From contig MU004233.1 in NCBI GenBank assembly GCA_010405405.1, forward strand, positions 313,067 through 377,066: DNA of 64,000 nucleotides, written 5' to 3'. The notes beneath the pieces were generated by a model, which saw nothing but the letters and a program-made list of their open reading frames with translations, did not search any database and had not been told where the DNA came from. Of the stretch, positions 1 through 13,651 are shown one piece after another. The position numbers and the translations under genes are program-made. Source of the DNA: Microthyrium microscopicum (taxonomy: Eukaryota). Position 1 is the first letter of the stretch. Each line of letters begins with the position of its first letter.

Positions 1-2977
1 AAACTACTTAAAATTAAGTAAGCTAAGATTATATACTATAAAGTATAATAATAAATAATAAAACTTATTTTAATATTATAAATTATATCTTAACTAAGAA
101 GCTTTAATTAAAAATATATTATTTCCTAAAGAAGTTAACTAAATACTTAAATAGTATACTTATAACTATTTATAAAGTAGTAACTACTAAAGTAATAGTA
201 GTTAATTCTAATAAAATCTTAAAGACTAATAAAGTATTATTTTATATTATAAACTTACTATATTATATAATTATTATAAAAATACCTTAGCTTAAAAACT
301 AGAACTCTTTATTAAACTTTAAGGTTAAGACTTTATTCTTTATTTATCTAAAAAATAACTATTATAGTAAAATTAGCTTTATCTCTCTAAAGAAATTACT
401 TTAATTAAGTTAAAATAAATTTACTTAGCTCTTTAAGTATTTAATAGGTTTATTAGACTATACTAATTTATAAGACTTACTATATTACTATAAGGAACTT
501 ATAAAAGCCTTTAATAAAAATAAAATATAAGATTTAGTAGAATATAGTCTATAAGACTTAGCTATTAACCTTAAGCTAAGTATAAGTATACTCTATAAGC
601 CTATTTATAGCCTATTAGAAATAAAACTAGTTATTCTATATAAATACCTTAAAAAAGACCTTAAAAGAGGATTTATTTATAAATCTTAGTCTTTTACTAG
701 AGCTTTAATTATCTTTATAAAAAAAAAGAATAATACTTTATATTTATATATAGACTATAGAAACTTAAATAATATTATAATTAAGAACTATTATACTTTA
801 CTACTAATTAAAGAATTATTAAACTAACTATTAAAAGCTAAGCTCTATATAAGCTTAAACCTTTATAAAATATACTATTATATCTATATTTATATTAATA
901 ATAAGTAAAAGATAGTATTCTAAACTAAATATAAATCCTTTAAATACTAAGTAATATTCTTTAAGCTTACTAATACTTTTACTACTTTCTAAATATATAT
1001 TAACTAAGCTTTATATAGCCTTATTAATATAACTTATATTATCTATCTTAATAATATTCTTATTTTTTCTAAGAATAAAGAAGATTATATTAAATATATA
1101 AAGAAAGTACTTAAAAGACTTATTAAGTTTAAATTATATACTAAGCTATTAAAGTATAGCTTTTATATAAATTAAACTAAATATCTTAAATATATTATAA
1201 CTTTAAATAGTACTATAGTAGAACTAGAATAAATTATAATAATTATAAATTAGCTAACGTTACGTAATATATATTAAGTAAAAGAATTTATTAGCTTTAT
1301 AAACTACTATTAATATTTTATTACTAATTTCTTTTATATTACTTCCTTATTAAACTCTTTAACTAAGAAGCTTTTAAGGTAAACTCTAAAAGATTAATAG
1401 CTATATAATAAGAAATTAGTTTCTATTAACTTTTCTTCTAAAGCTATTTAATTCTTTAATAATCTAAAGGCTACCTTTATATATATATTAATTTTTATTT
1501 ATTATAATTCTATATTAAAAACTTATCTAAAAATAAATACCTTTAAGTAAGTAATTTATAATATTTTAAGCTAAAAATAAACTAAGCTAAGCTAAGAAGG
1601 CTAATAATAACTTATAATATTTTACTTAAAAAAGCTATTAAGACTTAAGAATTACTATAAAACCCTATAGTAGAAGTTTCTAGCTATTATTAACTCTATA
1701 AGAATTTTTTATAAGTACTTATATAATATTCTAAAGTTCTTAATTCTAATAGATTATATAAACTTTTATTTACTTAATATATTCTAAAATATTTTTATTA
1801 TATATATAAAATAAGTAGATTTCCTTACTAAGTTTAAGTTTAATATTAAGTACTATTTAGAGAAGATAAACTCTATAAATAGACCTTTATAAAGACTAGA
1901 CTATATTTTCTTAGGTAATATAAAGTAGAAAAAAACTATAAATATTTTATTAAACCTTATCTAAGATAAACTATAACTATTTAAAGCTTTTAAGTCTAAT
2001 AAAGACCTAACTAGATTTATTAATACCTTAATTATATTTATTAATACTTTATTATAGTATTTAAAAAATAATTCTTAAAAAGTAAATATTATTACTATAT
2101 TAGATATACTTAATAGCTCTTCTACTAAGCTAATAAAAAATAAATAAACCTATCTATAAATAAAGATTATTATAAAAGATAGTAGAGTTTAAGTTTTTTA
2201 ATATTTTTATAATAACTTCTTAAAAAGAGGCTATAAAGACTAATATAAAATATTAAAAAAGATTTAATACTATTATATTTAAGATAATATTAATAAGAAT
2301 ATTTAAGAATACTATATAGTCTATTTAAAGTATAAATAAAATATATCTACTAAATAAAACTAAAATAAGCTTTTTCTACTCTTACTAGTACTAATAGCTC
2401 TTTAGAAAGATATTATAGTTAATTTTATTACTAACTTACTTCTAAGTATCTTTTAAGAATAGCTATATAATTCTATTATAATAGTTATCTATAAACTAAC
2501 TAAAATAGCTTATTATATACTTTATTATAAAGATATAGATATAAATAATCTTACTAAGCTCTTTTTATATAAAGTAGTATAACTTTATAGTATACTAAAT
2601 ATAATTATATTTAATAAAGGCTTTATATTTATTTCTAAGTTTTAGAATATATTTCTTTACTACTTAGAAATCTAATAAAAGCTATTTACTACGTTCTAAC
2701 CTTAGATAAATAAATAAATAGAGCATTAAAACTAAAAAATTAAGTACTATTTATATATTTATTATAGCTAAAAGTAGAATAATTAAGCTAAAAAGCTTAA
2801 TCTTACTAAGTTTATATATAATAATAGTATATATAGCTTAACTAATATTACTCTATTTATAATATATATAGATAAATACTTATATATATTAGAAGAACTT
2901 AAAGAGTACTTAATAAGTATTACTCTTAATATAAAAGAATTAGTAGAATATATTCTATTTCTCTAAAGAGCTCTTTA

Positions 2978-3337
2978 TATTAGAGATTAGAGTTATAAAG
3001 TAGATAGAAAGATTATAAGATACTTAATAGATTAAGTATATAAAAATAAAGATAGGAGTAATTACTAAGGAACTATAAGAAGATTCCTTAGCCTCTATCT
3101 TATTACTTAGAAACCTCTAAGGTTTCTCTTTAAGTTAGAGTAGTCTATTTATAAGCTAAAGTACTTTAAAGGTATAATTAGCTACTAATCGTAATAATTA
3201 AGAACCTATTAGTTCTTTTAACTATAGAATATACTAAAGCTAAAGAAGTAGCTCTATTAACTTTTAATAGCTATTAGGCTAAAGTACTTAGGTTATAATA
3301 CTTATTTTAGAGAGTTTATTAGGTTTAATTCTTAATA
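2978..3337 (-). repeat. 3' LTR of element B (360 bp)
   Basis: Termini tatt...aata are RIPed TG...CA. Matches 11323-11682 directly and 30165-30524 as reverse complement. Confidence 0.92.
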
Positions 3338-4037
3338 TTATCTTCTTAATAAGGACCTAAATATCTTTATAAGTTTCTAAAAGATTAACTATATTCTAAT
3401 AGTACTAATATGCTTTAAGGTATATTATATTATAATAGTATAAATTACTTAGCTATTATCTAGCTAGCTAGATAATAATCTTAGTAAATCCTAGTAAATC
3501 TATTATTAGTTTTAAATATTACTTAAAGGGATACTTTTTAAATAATAATTTATAAAGCTAAATATTACTATTAGGTACCTATTTAGGTTTATCTAGGTTT
3601 ATTAAGAACTTAAGCGTTTTTAAGTTTCTTTAGGCTATTACTTTAAGCCTACTTAATTTATAGGTTATTATCTATTAAGAGTAATTTTCTTCTTTAGAAC
3701 TTTTACCTATAGTAAAGATTAATATTAAAGCTTTTCTTAATAGGAAGTACTTAATAAAGTAAGTATTTACTCTTTACTAACCTAATTAGGTAGGAGGATA
3801 TTAAATAAGATATATTTAATCTTATAATTATATACTTCTTTTAATTTTTTTTTATTCTATTTTTATAGAATTAAGATATATATCTAAGTAAATCCTAGCT
3901 AACTAAGTAAAGCTAACCTTTATAAATAGAGCTATAGTATAAGAATAAGTCTTAATTAGTAGTTCTAATATTTTACTAGTAACTTCTTTATAAATCTATT
4001 TAGTATATTTTATATCTTTTTATATCTATTTTCTCTA

Positions 4038-5701
4038 ATAGCTATTATAAAGAATAAAGTAAAAGCTAATAAAGCTCTAAATAGACTTAGTTTATTTCTA
4101 TCTAACGCTTTTAAGGTTTTTAAAAATACTATTAATCTACTAAAAACTTTAATTATTAGTATTATAAAATTAACTAATTCTACTAATACTAATACTACTA
4201 AAAAAGTAATTAACTAGGTTAAATTTGTTAATAGTATTAAAGTTAATACTAATAATAATTATATTAAATTATTAAGTTTAGGCTATTTCTCTTTAAAGCC
4301 TTCTAAATTTAAAGAGATTAAAGAGGATACTACTTAGGCTAAGAAAAAAAAAAGGTTTCTAAGTATAACTATAGTAATAAGTCTAAACCTTCTTAGCTTA
4401 ATATAAAGTAAATACGTATTAATAATATTATACGTATTAATAAGGCTTAGGCTTAGTTTAAATTATACTAAATCTCTTTTATTTATAATATATTAATTAA
4501 TTATAGTTAGTTAAGTAGTAAATATCTTCTATATAACTCTAATAATAATAAAATAAAACTATTTAACGTAAATAAGTTTATTCTATATAAGAATAAGACT
4601 AAGTTAATTATTAAATAGTTTCTTTTACTTAATTCGTATTAGTAATATACTAAAGTATATACTAAGACCTTTCTATATACTAATCTAAAGAATTAGTACT
4701 ATATAGCTTATAAAGACTATATATTAGCCTTTAAGGTTTAAAATAATTACTATTATATAATTTATAAAACTATAAAGTCTTATTAGTAATATCTTAAGGT
4801 AAGTTATTCTTAATTAATTTAATTTAAATCTAATTATTACTAACTATTTCTTAGGTTATTCCTTACAAGAAAGGTATTGTTAAGGACCTTATTATAAAGT
4901 ATTATAATATATTAAAGATCTATATACTTTACTAATAAACTTATAATAATAATCTAAGTAAGTATAATATAAGTTAGCTTCTTTATACTTAAAAGATAGT
5001 TTATATTACTAATAAAGACATTATAAAGGCTATCTAGATATAAGTAAACCTTCTTATTATACTTAGGTTTAAACTAATATAAATAAGTATATCTATATTA
5101 ACGCTATAAACAATACCTTTCCTCTATATTCTAATATTACTAAGGATAGATATAATAGTATCTATATAATACTAGTATATTATAGTAATAGTAAAGATAT
5201 CCTTAAGGCTAAGAAGGCTACCTATTACTCTAAAATAGCTTTACTTAGAGCTACTATTAAGACTACTTATATTAAGTATTATAATAACCTTTATACCTAT
5301 TATTATAAATTTAAATTACTTATAAATAATAGCTAGAAAGATATAAGTACTCTAATTATATTACTTAGATTTTAACTAACTCTATTTTAAATTATAAGTA
5401 CTTTATTACGTTAAATTAGTAAGCTTACTAATATTATAAAGATACTTACTTCTTAGTAAGTTAATAATACTAAAAAGAAGAAGAAAACTTTTAATATAAG
5501 TTAGTTTATAACCCTTTAGAGCTAGATTAATAAGTATAAGCTTAGTTTAAGTAAGTAGATAGTTTTTTGTTACTATCTAGTTATAATAAGTTAAATTAAT
5601 TCTAATAATAATAATTTAGAGACTAAAGAGTCTAAAGAATAGATATAATATTTAGTAAATATATTTAGTATTAAGTTAATATATTTAGTATCTAATAGAT
5701 A
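4038..5701 (+). pseudogene. RIP-degraded intron-containing extra gene, antisense to pol, in the 3' region of element B (homologous copy in A on the minus strand)
   Basis: Three intron-like segments (4799-4854, 5040-5086, 5343-5390) with GTAAGT-type donors and ACTAAC/T branch sites link one codon-like frame. There are 82 stop-free codons at 5088-5333. Ends are approximate. Confidence 0.6.
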
Positions 5702-8700
5702 AAGTTAGTTATATTTTAGGTTTATTATAAGCTATTTATTAGTACTTAGTAGCTATTAAGTTCTATTTAAATTAATTTATATAAATAGTATAAGATAGTT
5801 TCTTTTAATAAAATACTTTTTTAAATTTCTAAGTTCTTTCTTATAAACTTAGATAGTACTTAAGAATATATTTCTATAAACCTAAAATTATTATTTTAAG
5901 GTATTTAAAGAGTACTCCTTTAAAGATTAATAAGTAAAGCTAAAGTAATATTAATAATTTTAGATTTAGGTTTAAAATTAGTTTTATATTTAATTCTAAA
6001 TTTTCTCTAAGTCTTTTCTATTTAAACTATATTTATATATATATTTATAGAAACTTATTTATTCTAAAGTATTAAAATAGTACTATCTAAGTACTATTTA
6101 GTTTTATCTATATAAGCTTATCTTAATTATAAGTAAAGTAAATTATTATTATATATCTATATATACTATAAAGTAACTATATTTTTATATTTATCTTTTT
6201 TATAAAAAAAGGCTTATTCTAAGTCTTATTATAACTATTTTAATCTACTTAGCTCTTTCTTAGCTAATATAGGTTTAGTAAGCGCTAAAAACTTCTTTAG
6301 ACGTTTCTTTAGCTTTTTAAACTCTAGATAAGGTTTATTTAAGTTAAGTTATTTTAAGTTATATTTAGTTACTTTTATTAAAGCTAATTTAGCTAGAGAG
6401 ATACTTTTTTTCTTTAACTTTTTTTAATAACGCTTTAGCGTAATTAAGAAGAAGTTATTAATAAATTCCTAGCTTACTTTAAATATAGAGTAGTTCTTTT
6501 ACTTTACTTTATAGTAATAGATATTATTTTTATTAACCTTATATTTAATTACGCCTTTAACCTTATAGTAATTAGTCTCTTTAAGGTTTAAAGTTTTCTA
6601 AAATAAAACTATTTACTATAAAAAGTATATATTAAATATATATTATTATAATAAAGAGATATAGAAGATATTATAAACTAGAGTACTTTTAAGTAGATTA
6701 ATATAATACGTATTATAGTTAATAACTTCTATTACTTTAAAGAGATCTATATACTTAATATCTAGTTTCTTTTTAAACTTAGTCGTTCTAATATTCTTTA
6801 TATTAAGTAGAACTTAGTTATTTATCTTTAAGGTAACGTCTTTATAGCCTTTATTATAGTATTTAGCTTATAGGATTTAAATATTCTCTAGATAGGCCTA
6901 AAGGGCTTTTTAAAAGAATAGAATATATTTTACTAGTTTCTTTACATTAGGAGTAGTATCTATTAGATACTTTTTAGGTACTTCTAATATATATAGATAT
7001 TTATCTATATATACTATAAATAAAGTAATACTAGTTAAGCTATATATATTATTATTATATATAAACTTAGTAAGATTAAGCTTTTTAGCTTAATTATCCT
7101 ACTTCTAGTTATAATAAATATATAAATAGTACTTAATTTCTTAGTTTTAATACTCTATTTACTTATTTATTTAAAGTTAGAATATAGTAAATAGCTTCTA
7201 TTAAATCCTTAAGTAGTAAAGAAATATATTCTAGAACTTAGAAATAAATATAGAGCCTCTATTAAATATAATTATATTTAATATATTATAAAGTTATACT
7301 ACCTTATATAAAAAAAGCTTAGTAAGATTATTTATATTTATATCTTTATAATAAAATATATAATAAGCTATTTTAGTTAGCTTATAAATAATTACTATAA
7401 TAAAGTTATATAGCTATTCTTAGAAAATACTTAGAAGTAAGTTAATAATAAAATTAATTATAATATCTTTCTAAAAAGCTATTAGTACTAATAAAGATAG
7501 AAAAAGCTTATTTTAGCCTTATTTAATAAATATATTTTATTTATACTTTAAATAAACTACGTAGTACTCTTAAATATCTTTATTAATATTATCTTAAGTA
7601 TAATAGCGTTAAATCTTTTTTAATATTTTATATTAGCTTTTATAGCCTTCTTTTAAGAGATTATTATAAAAATATTAAAGAATTTAGACTTTACTATTCT
7701 TTATAATAACCTTTATCTATAGATAGATTTATTTATTTTCTATTAGCTTAATAAAAGAACTATTAAGTATATTTAATATAGTAATAATATCTACTTCTTA
7801 AGAATTATTTTTTAAATACTATAATAAAGTATTAATAAATATAACTAAAGTATTAATAAACTTAGTTAAGTCTTTATTAGACTTAGAAGCCTTAAATAGT
7901 TATAGTTTATCTTAGATAAGGTTTAATAAAATATTTATAGTTTTTTTTTACTTTATATTACCTAAGAAAATATAGTCTAGTCTCTATAAAGATCTATTTA
8001 TAGAGTTTATCTTCTCTAAATAGTACTTAATATTAAACTTAAACTTAATAAGGAAATCTACTTATTTTATATATATAATAAAAATATTTTAAAATATATT
8101 AAATAAATAAAAATTTATATAATCTATTAAGACTAAGAACTTTAAAATACTATATAAGTACTTATAAAAAACTCTTATAAAATTAATAATAGCTAAAAAT
8201 TTTTACTATAGAGTCCTATAGTAACTTTTAAGTCTTAATAGCTTCCTTAAGTAAAATACTATAGGTTACTATTAGCTTTCTTAGCTTAGCTTAGTTTATT
8301 TTTAGCTTAAAATACTATAAATTACTTACTTAAAGACGTCTATTTCTAAATAAGTTTTTAATATAAAATTATAGTAAATAAGAATTAGTATATATATAAA
8401 GATAACTTTTAGGTTATTAAAGAATTAAATAGCCTTAAAAGGAAGGTTAATAAGAACTAATTCTTTATTACGTAGCTATTAGCCTTTTAGGGCTTACTTT
8501 AAAAACTTTTTAATTAAAAAGTTTAATAAAGAAGTAATATAAAAGAAGTTAATAATAAAACGTTAATAATAGTTTATAAAGCTAATAAACTCTTTTATTT
8601 AATATATATTATATAGCGTTAGCTAATTTATAACTATTATAATTTATTCTAGTTCTACTATAATATTATTTAAGATTATAATATACTTAAAGTACTTAGT

Positions 8701-11322
8701 TTAATTTATATAAAAGCTATACTTTAATAGCTTAATATATAACTTAAACTTAATAAGTTATTTAAGTATCTTCTTTATATATTTAATATAATCTTTTTTA
8801 TTTTTAAAAAAAATAAGAATATTATTAAAGTAGATAATATAAGTTATATTAATAAAGCTATATAAAGCTTAATTAATATATATTTAAAAAGTAGTAAAAG
8901 TATTAGTAAGCTTAAAGAGTATTACTTAATATTTAAAGGATCTATATTTAGTTTAGAATACTATCTTTTACTTATTATTAGTATAAATATAAATATAATA
9001 ATATATTTTATAAAAGTCTAAGCTTATAAAAAGCTTAATTCTTAATAGTTAGTCTAATAATTCTTTAATTAATAGTAAAGTATAGTAGTTCTTAACTATA
9101 ATATTATTTAAGCTTCTATAGTCTATATATAAATATAAAGTATTATTCTTCTTCTTTATAAAAATAATTAAAGTTTTAATAAAAGATTAAAATTTATAGA
9201 TAAATCTCTTCTTAAAATTTTTCTTAAGATATTTATATAAAATAACTAGTTTTACTTCTAATAGACTATAAATAGGCTAATAAAGTATACTTATACTTAA
9301 CTTAAGATTAATAGCTAAGTTTTATAAACTATATTCTACTAAATTTTATACTTTATTCTTATTAAAAGCTTCTATAAGCTCCTTATAATAATATAGTAAG
9401 TCTTATAAGCTAATATAGTTTAATAAACCTATTAAATACTTAAAGAACTAAGTAGATTTATCTTAACTTAATTAGAGTAACTTTTTTAAAAAGATAAAGC
9501 TAATCTTACTATAGTAGTTATTCTTTAAATAAATAAAGAATAAAGTCTTAGCCTTAAAGTTTAGTAAAAGGTTCTAGTCCTTAAATTAGAGTATCTTTAT
9601 AATAATTATATAGTATAATAAGTTTATAATATAAAATAATACTTTATTAATCTTTAAGATCTTATTAGAGTTAACTACTATTACTTTAATAGTTATTACT
9701 TTATAAATAGCTATAGATATACTATTTAAATACTTAGCTAACTTCTTTAAGAGATAATATATCTTTAATTAAAGCTTCTTAGCTAAGATATAATCTATAA
9801 TATTAAAATAGGCCTTACTATTTATTATTATACTCTATAATATATAATCTTAGCTTACTTAATTTTAAGTAGTTCTTTATAAAATAATTTAGTATAATTT
9901 CTTTAATTAATATACTTTCTTATTTAGAATCTTCTTATTTCTTACTACTTTTAAGACTTAAATAATAATAACTTTATAAAAGTTACTAAGAAGGTTAAGA
10001 ATTAGATTATTTATAATAGAAACTATAAAATCCTAATTAACTACTTTATAGCTTAGTCTTTTTCCTTAATTTTTTTTAGCTTTAGGTTAAAATACTTATA
10101 AGCTATATAGCTTATCTTATTATAGTTCTAATACTTACTTTTACTAAGATTACTAAGAAATAGCTATTTAACTTTAAGTATTATATTACTCTTTAGTTTA
10201 TCTAGCTTTAAAGCCTTATTAAAAAGGCTTAGTTTAGACTTTTTTAACTTATTTTTTTAAGAACCTTATTAAGTCTTATTCTTTAAATTTATAAATATTA
10301 AATACTATTTAAAGGATTTACTATTTTTAATATCTTTCTTAAAAATAGTTAGTATCTTTTAGTTACTAATAAATTTTAAGTACTTTAAAATATATTAAGA
10401 TAAAACTTCTTTAGCTATCTTAATTATATAGTTTAAGTTAAAGATTATATTATTTTTAAAGTAAGTAAATAGTTTATTACTAAAGAATAATAAGTAAATT
10501 AATATATTATTAATCTTATACTTATAAAAAAGAAGTATAAGCTTATTAAAGTATTCTTAGAAGGTTTTTTTTCTTATTATAGTAGTTAAGAGGCTCTAAA
10601 AGGCCTTATAATACCTCTTAATAAGTAGACTAAGGAGTTTAAAGGCCTATTATTTTATAAGGGCCTATATAGGTTTATATTAGTTTAGTTTAACTAACTA
10701 GATCTAGAAATTAACGTAATTATCTTAAATAGATTATATAACCTCCTTATTAAGGTAATTATAGGCTTAAAAGATTACTAAATATAGGTCCTTCTTATAT
10801 TTCTTTATAATAAGTATATTAGTTATATTAAAGACTTAATCCTTATACTCTTATAGACTTTTAGCTTTATATATTTATAGTTTATTATTACTATAAACTA
10901 ATTTAGAATTATTATATTTAATATAGGCTAAAATAGCTAGGCTAGCATTATATTAATCCTATTTATTAATTTATTTAACTAAGTAGAGTTTTCTATATTT
11001 ATAAGCTACTTTTATTACCTTAAGTTATTTAATCTTAAGTATATTATATATTTACTATATTTTAGCTTATAATTATTTTAGCATCTTTTTTATATTTACT
11101 ACTAGTTTTAGATAGGCTTATTTTATATTAGTAGAATTACCTATAGAGCTACTTAGTTTTACTAGAGTTAGTATAGCTATATTTAGTATAACTAGATTTA
11201 GTCTAGCTAATTTTACTCTAGGGGCCTTATTCTTAAGTTTTATTAATTTATTACTTATAATTAATTATAGTATTTTAAAGGAAAAGCTTTATAAATACTT
11301 TATTAATAAGAAGTAATTATAA

Positions 11323-11682
11323 TATTAGAGATTAAGGTTATAGAGTAAGTAGAAAGGTTATAAAATACTTAATAGATTAAATATATAGAAATAGAGATAA
11401 GAATAATTACTAAGAAACTATAAGAGAATTCCTTAACCTCTATTTTATTACTTAGAAACCTTTAAGATTTCTCTTTAAGCTAGAGTAGTCTATTTATAAG
11501 TTAAGGTACCTTAGAGGTATGCTTAGCTACTAATTATAATAGTTAAGAACTTATTAGTTCTCTTAACTATAGAATATACTAAAGCTAAAGAAGTAACTTT
11601 ACTAGCTTTTAATAGCTATTAGGCTAAGGTACTTAGGCTATAATACTTATCTTAGAGAGTCTATTAGGTTTAATTCCTAATA
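11323..11682 (-). repeat. 5' LTR of element B (360 bp)
   Basis: Direct repeat of 2978-3337, followed by TSD cttta. Confidence 0.92.
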
Positions 11683-13449
11683 CTTTAAGCTTATTTAAAA
11701 AATATTTAAATCCTATAAGCTAAATACTATAATAAAGGCTATAAGGATATTACTTTAAAGATAAATAACTAGGTTTTACTTAATATAAAGAATATTAAAA
11801 TAACTAAGTCTAAAAAGAAACTAGATATTAAGTATATAGGCTTCTTTAAAGTAATAGAAGTTATTAACTATAATATATATTATATTAACTTATTTAAGAG
11901 CGTTTTAGTTTATAATGTCTTCTATATCTCTTTATTATAATAATATATATTTAATATATACTTCTTATAATAAATAGTCTTACTTTAAAAAATCTTAGAT
12001 CTTAAAGAGACTAACTACTATAAAGTTAAAGATATAATTAAATATAAGATTAATAAAGATAATACCTATTACTATAAAGTAAAGTAAAAGAATTACCTTA
12101 TCTTAAAAGTAAGTTAAAAATCTACTAGTAATCTTTTCTTAATTATACTAAAACGCTACTAAAAGAAGTTAAAAAAAAAGGATATCTCTCTAACTAAATT
12201 AGCTCTAATAAAAGTAACTAAATATAACTTAAAATAACTTAACTTAAATAAACTCTATCTAAAAAATAAGAAGCTAAAGAAATATTTAAAGAAGCTTTTA
12301 ATACCTACTAAATTTATACTAGCTAAGGAAAGGCTAAGTAAACTAAATAGTTATAATAAGACTTAAAATAAGTCTTTTTTTATAAGAAAGATAAGTATAA
12401 AAGTATAATTACTCTATAGTATATATAGATATATAATAATAATTTATCTTACTTATAATTAAGATAAGCTTATTTAAATTAAACTAAATAGTACCTAAAT
12501 AATACTATTATAATACTTTAGAATAAATAGATTCTTATAGATATATATATAAATATAGTCTAAATAGAAAAGACTTAGAGAAAATTTAGAATTAAATATA
12601 GAACTAATTTTAAACTTAAATCTAAAACTATTAATATTACTTTAGCTTTACTTATTAATCCTTAAAGGAGTATTCTTTAAATACTTTAAAATAATAATTT
12701 TAGGTTTATAAAAATATACTTCTAAGTACTATCTAGGTTTATAAGAAAGAACTTAAAAATTTAAGAAAGTATTTTATTAAAAGAAACTATTTTATACTAT
12801 TTATATAAATTAATTTAAATAGAACTTAATAGCTACTAAGTATTAATAAATAGCTTATAATAAACCTAAAATATAACTAACTTTACTTATTAAATACTAG
12901 ATATATTAACTTAATACTAAATATATTTATTAGATACTATATTTACTTTTTAAACTTTTTAGTCTCTAAATTATTATTATTAAAATTAATCTAACCTATT
13001 ATAACTAGATAGTAATAAAGAACTACCTACTTACTTAAACTAAGCTTATACTTATTAATTTAATTCTAAAGGATTATAAACTAACTTATATTAAAAACTT
13101 TCTCCTTCTTTTTAGTATTATTAACCTATTAAAAAGTAAGTATCTTTATAACGTTAGTAAGCTTACTAATTTAATATAATAAAATACCTATAACCTAGAA
13201 TAGAGTTAATTAAAATCTAAGTAATATAATTAAAGTACTTATACTCTCCTAGCTACTATTTATAAGTAATTTAAATTTATAATAATAAACGTAAAGGTTA
13301 TTATAGCGCTTAATATAAGTAATACTAATAGTAGCTTTAAGTAGAGCTATTTTAAAGTAATAAATAGCTTTCTTAGCCTTAAGGATATTCTTACTATTTC
13401 TATAATATACTAGTATTATATAAATACTATTATATTTATTCTTAGTAAT

Positions 13450-13651
13450 TATTAGAAACCTACGGGCGTAAGGGTGTAAGCTAATAGTAGATATAATTTA
13501 AGAAAACTAATACGAAGAATCTAAGAGAAAGAGTAAAGAATAATTATAGGTAAGCTATACTAAATAATCCTTAGGCGCTAAGCCCTTAGTATTACGTAAT
13601 AAAAGATACTAATAATATTATAATAGGATTAATAGTAATAGATCCGTAATA
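13450..13651 (-). repeat. 3' LTR of element C (202 bp)
   Basis: Matches 20661-20853 + 28409-28417. The adjacent pyrimidine run at 13655-13665 is a polypurine tract on the minus strand. Confidence 0.88.

Larger units (their letters stand above)
2978..11682 (-). mobile_element. Element B: full-length (8.7 kb) RIP-degraded Ty3/Gypsy chromovirus, same family as A, inserted in A in opposite orientation
   Basis: Direct 360-bp LTRs at 2978-3337 and 11323-11682. TSD cttta at 2973-2977 and 11683-11687. ~6900-9875 is the reverse complement of A 1-2977. Gag CCHC knuckle remnant at ~10090-10137 on the minus strand (de-RIP GKCWNCDK.GH.A..C). Confidence 0.93.

Noticed and set aside
3759..3789. Additional GTAAGT..ACTAAC..AG intron upstream of the antisense gene
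   Set aside because: Only 31 bp and less well preserved in copy A; the donor is uncertain.
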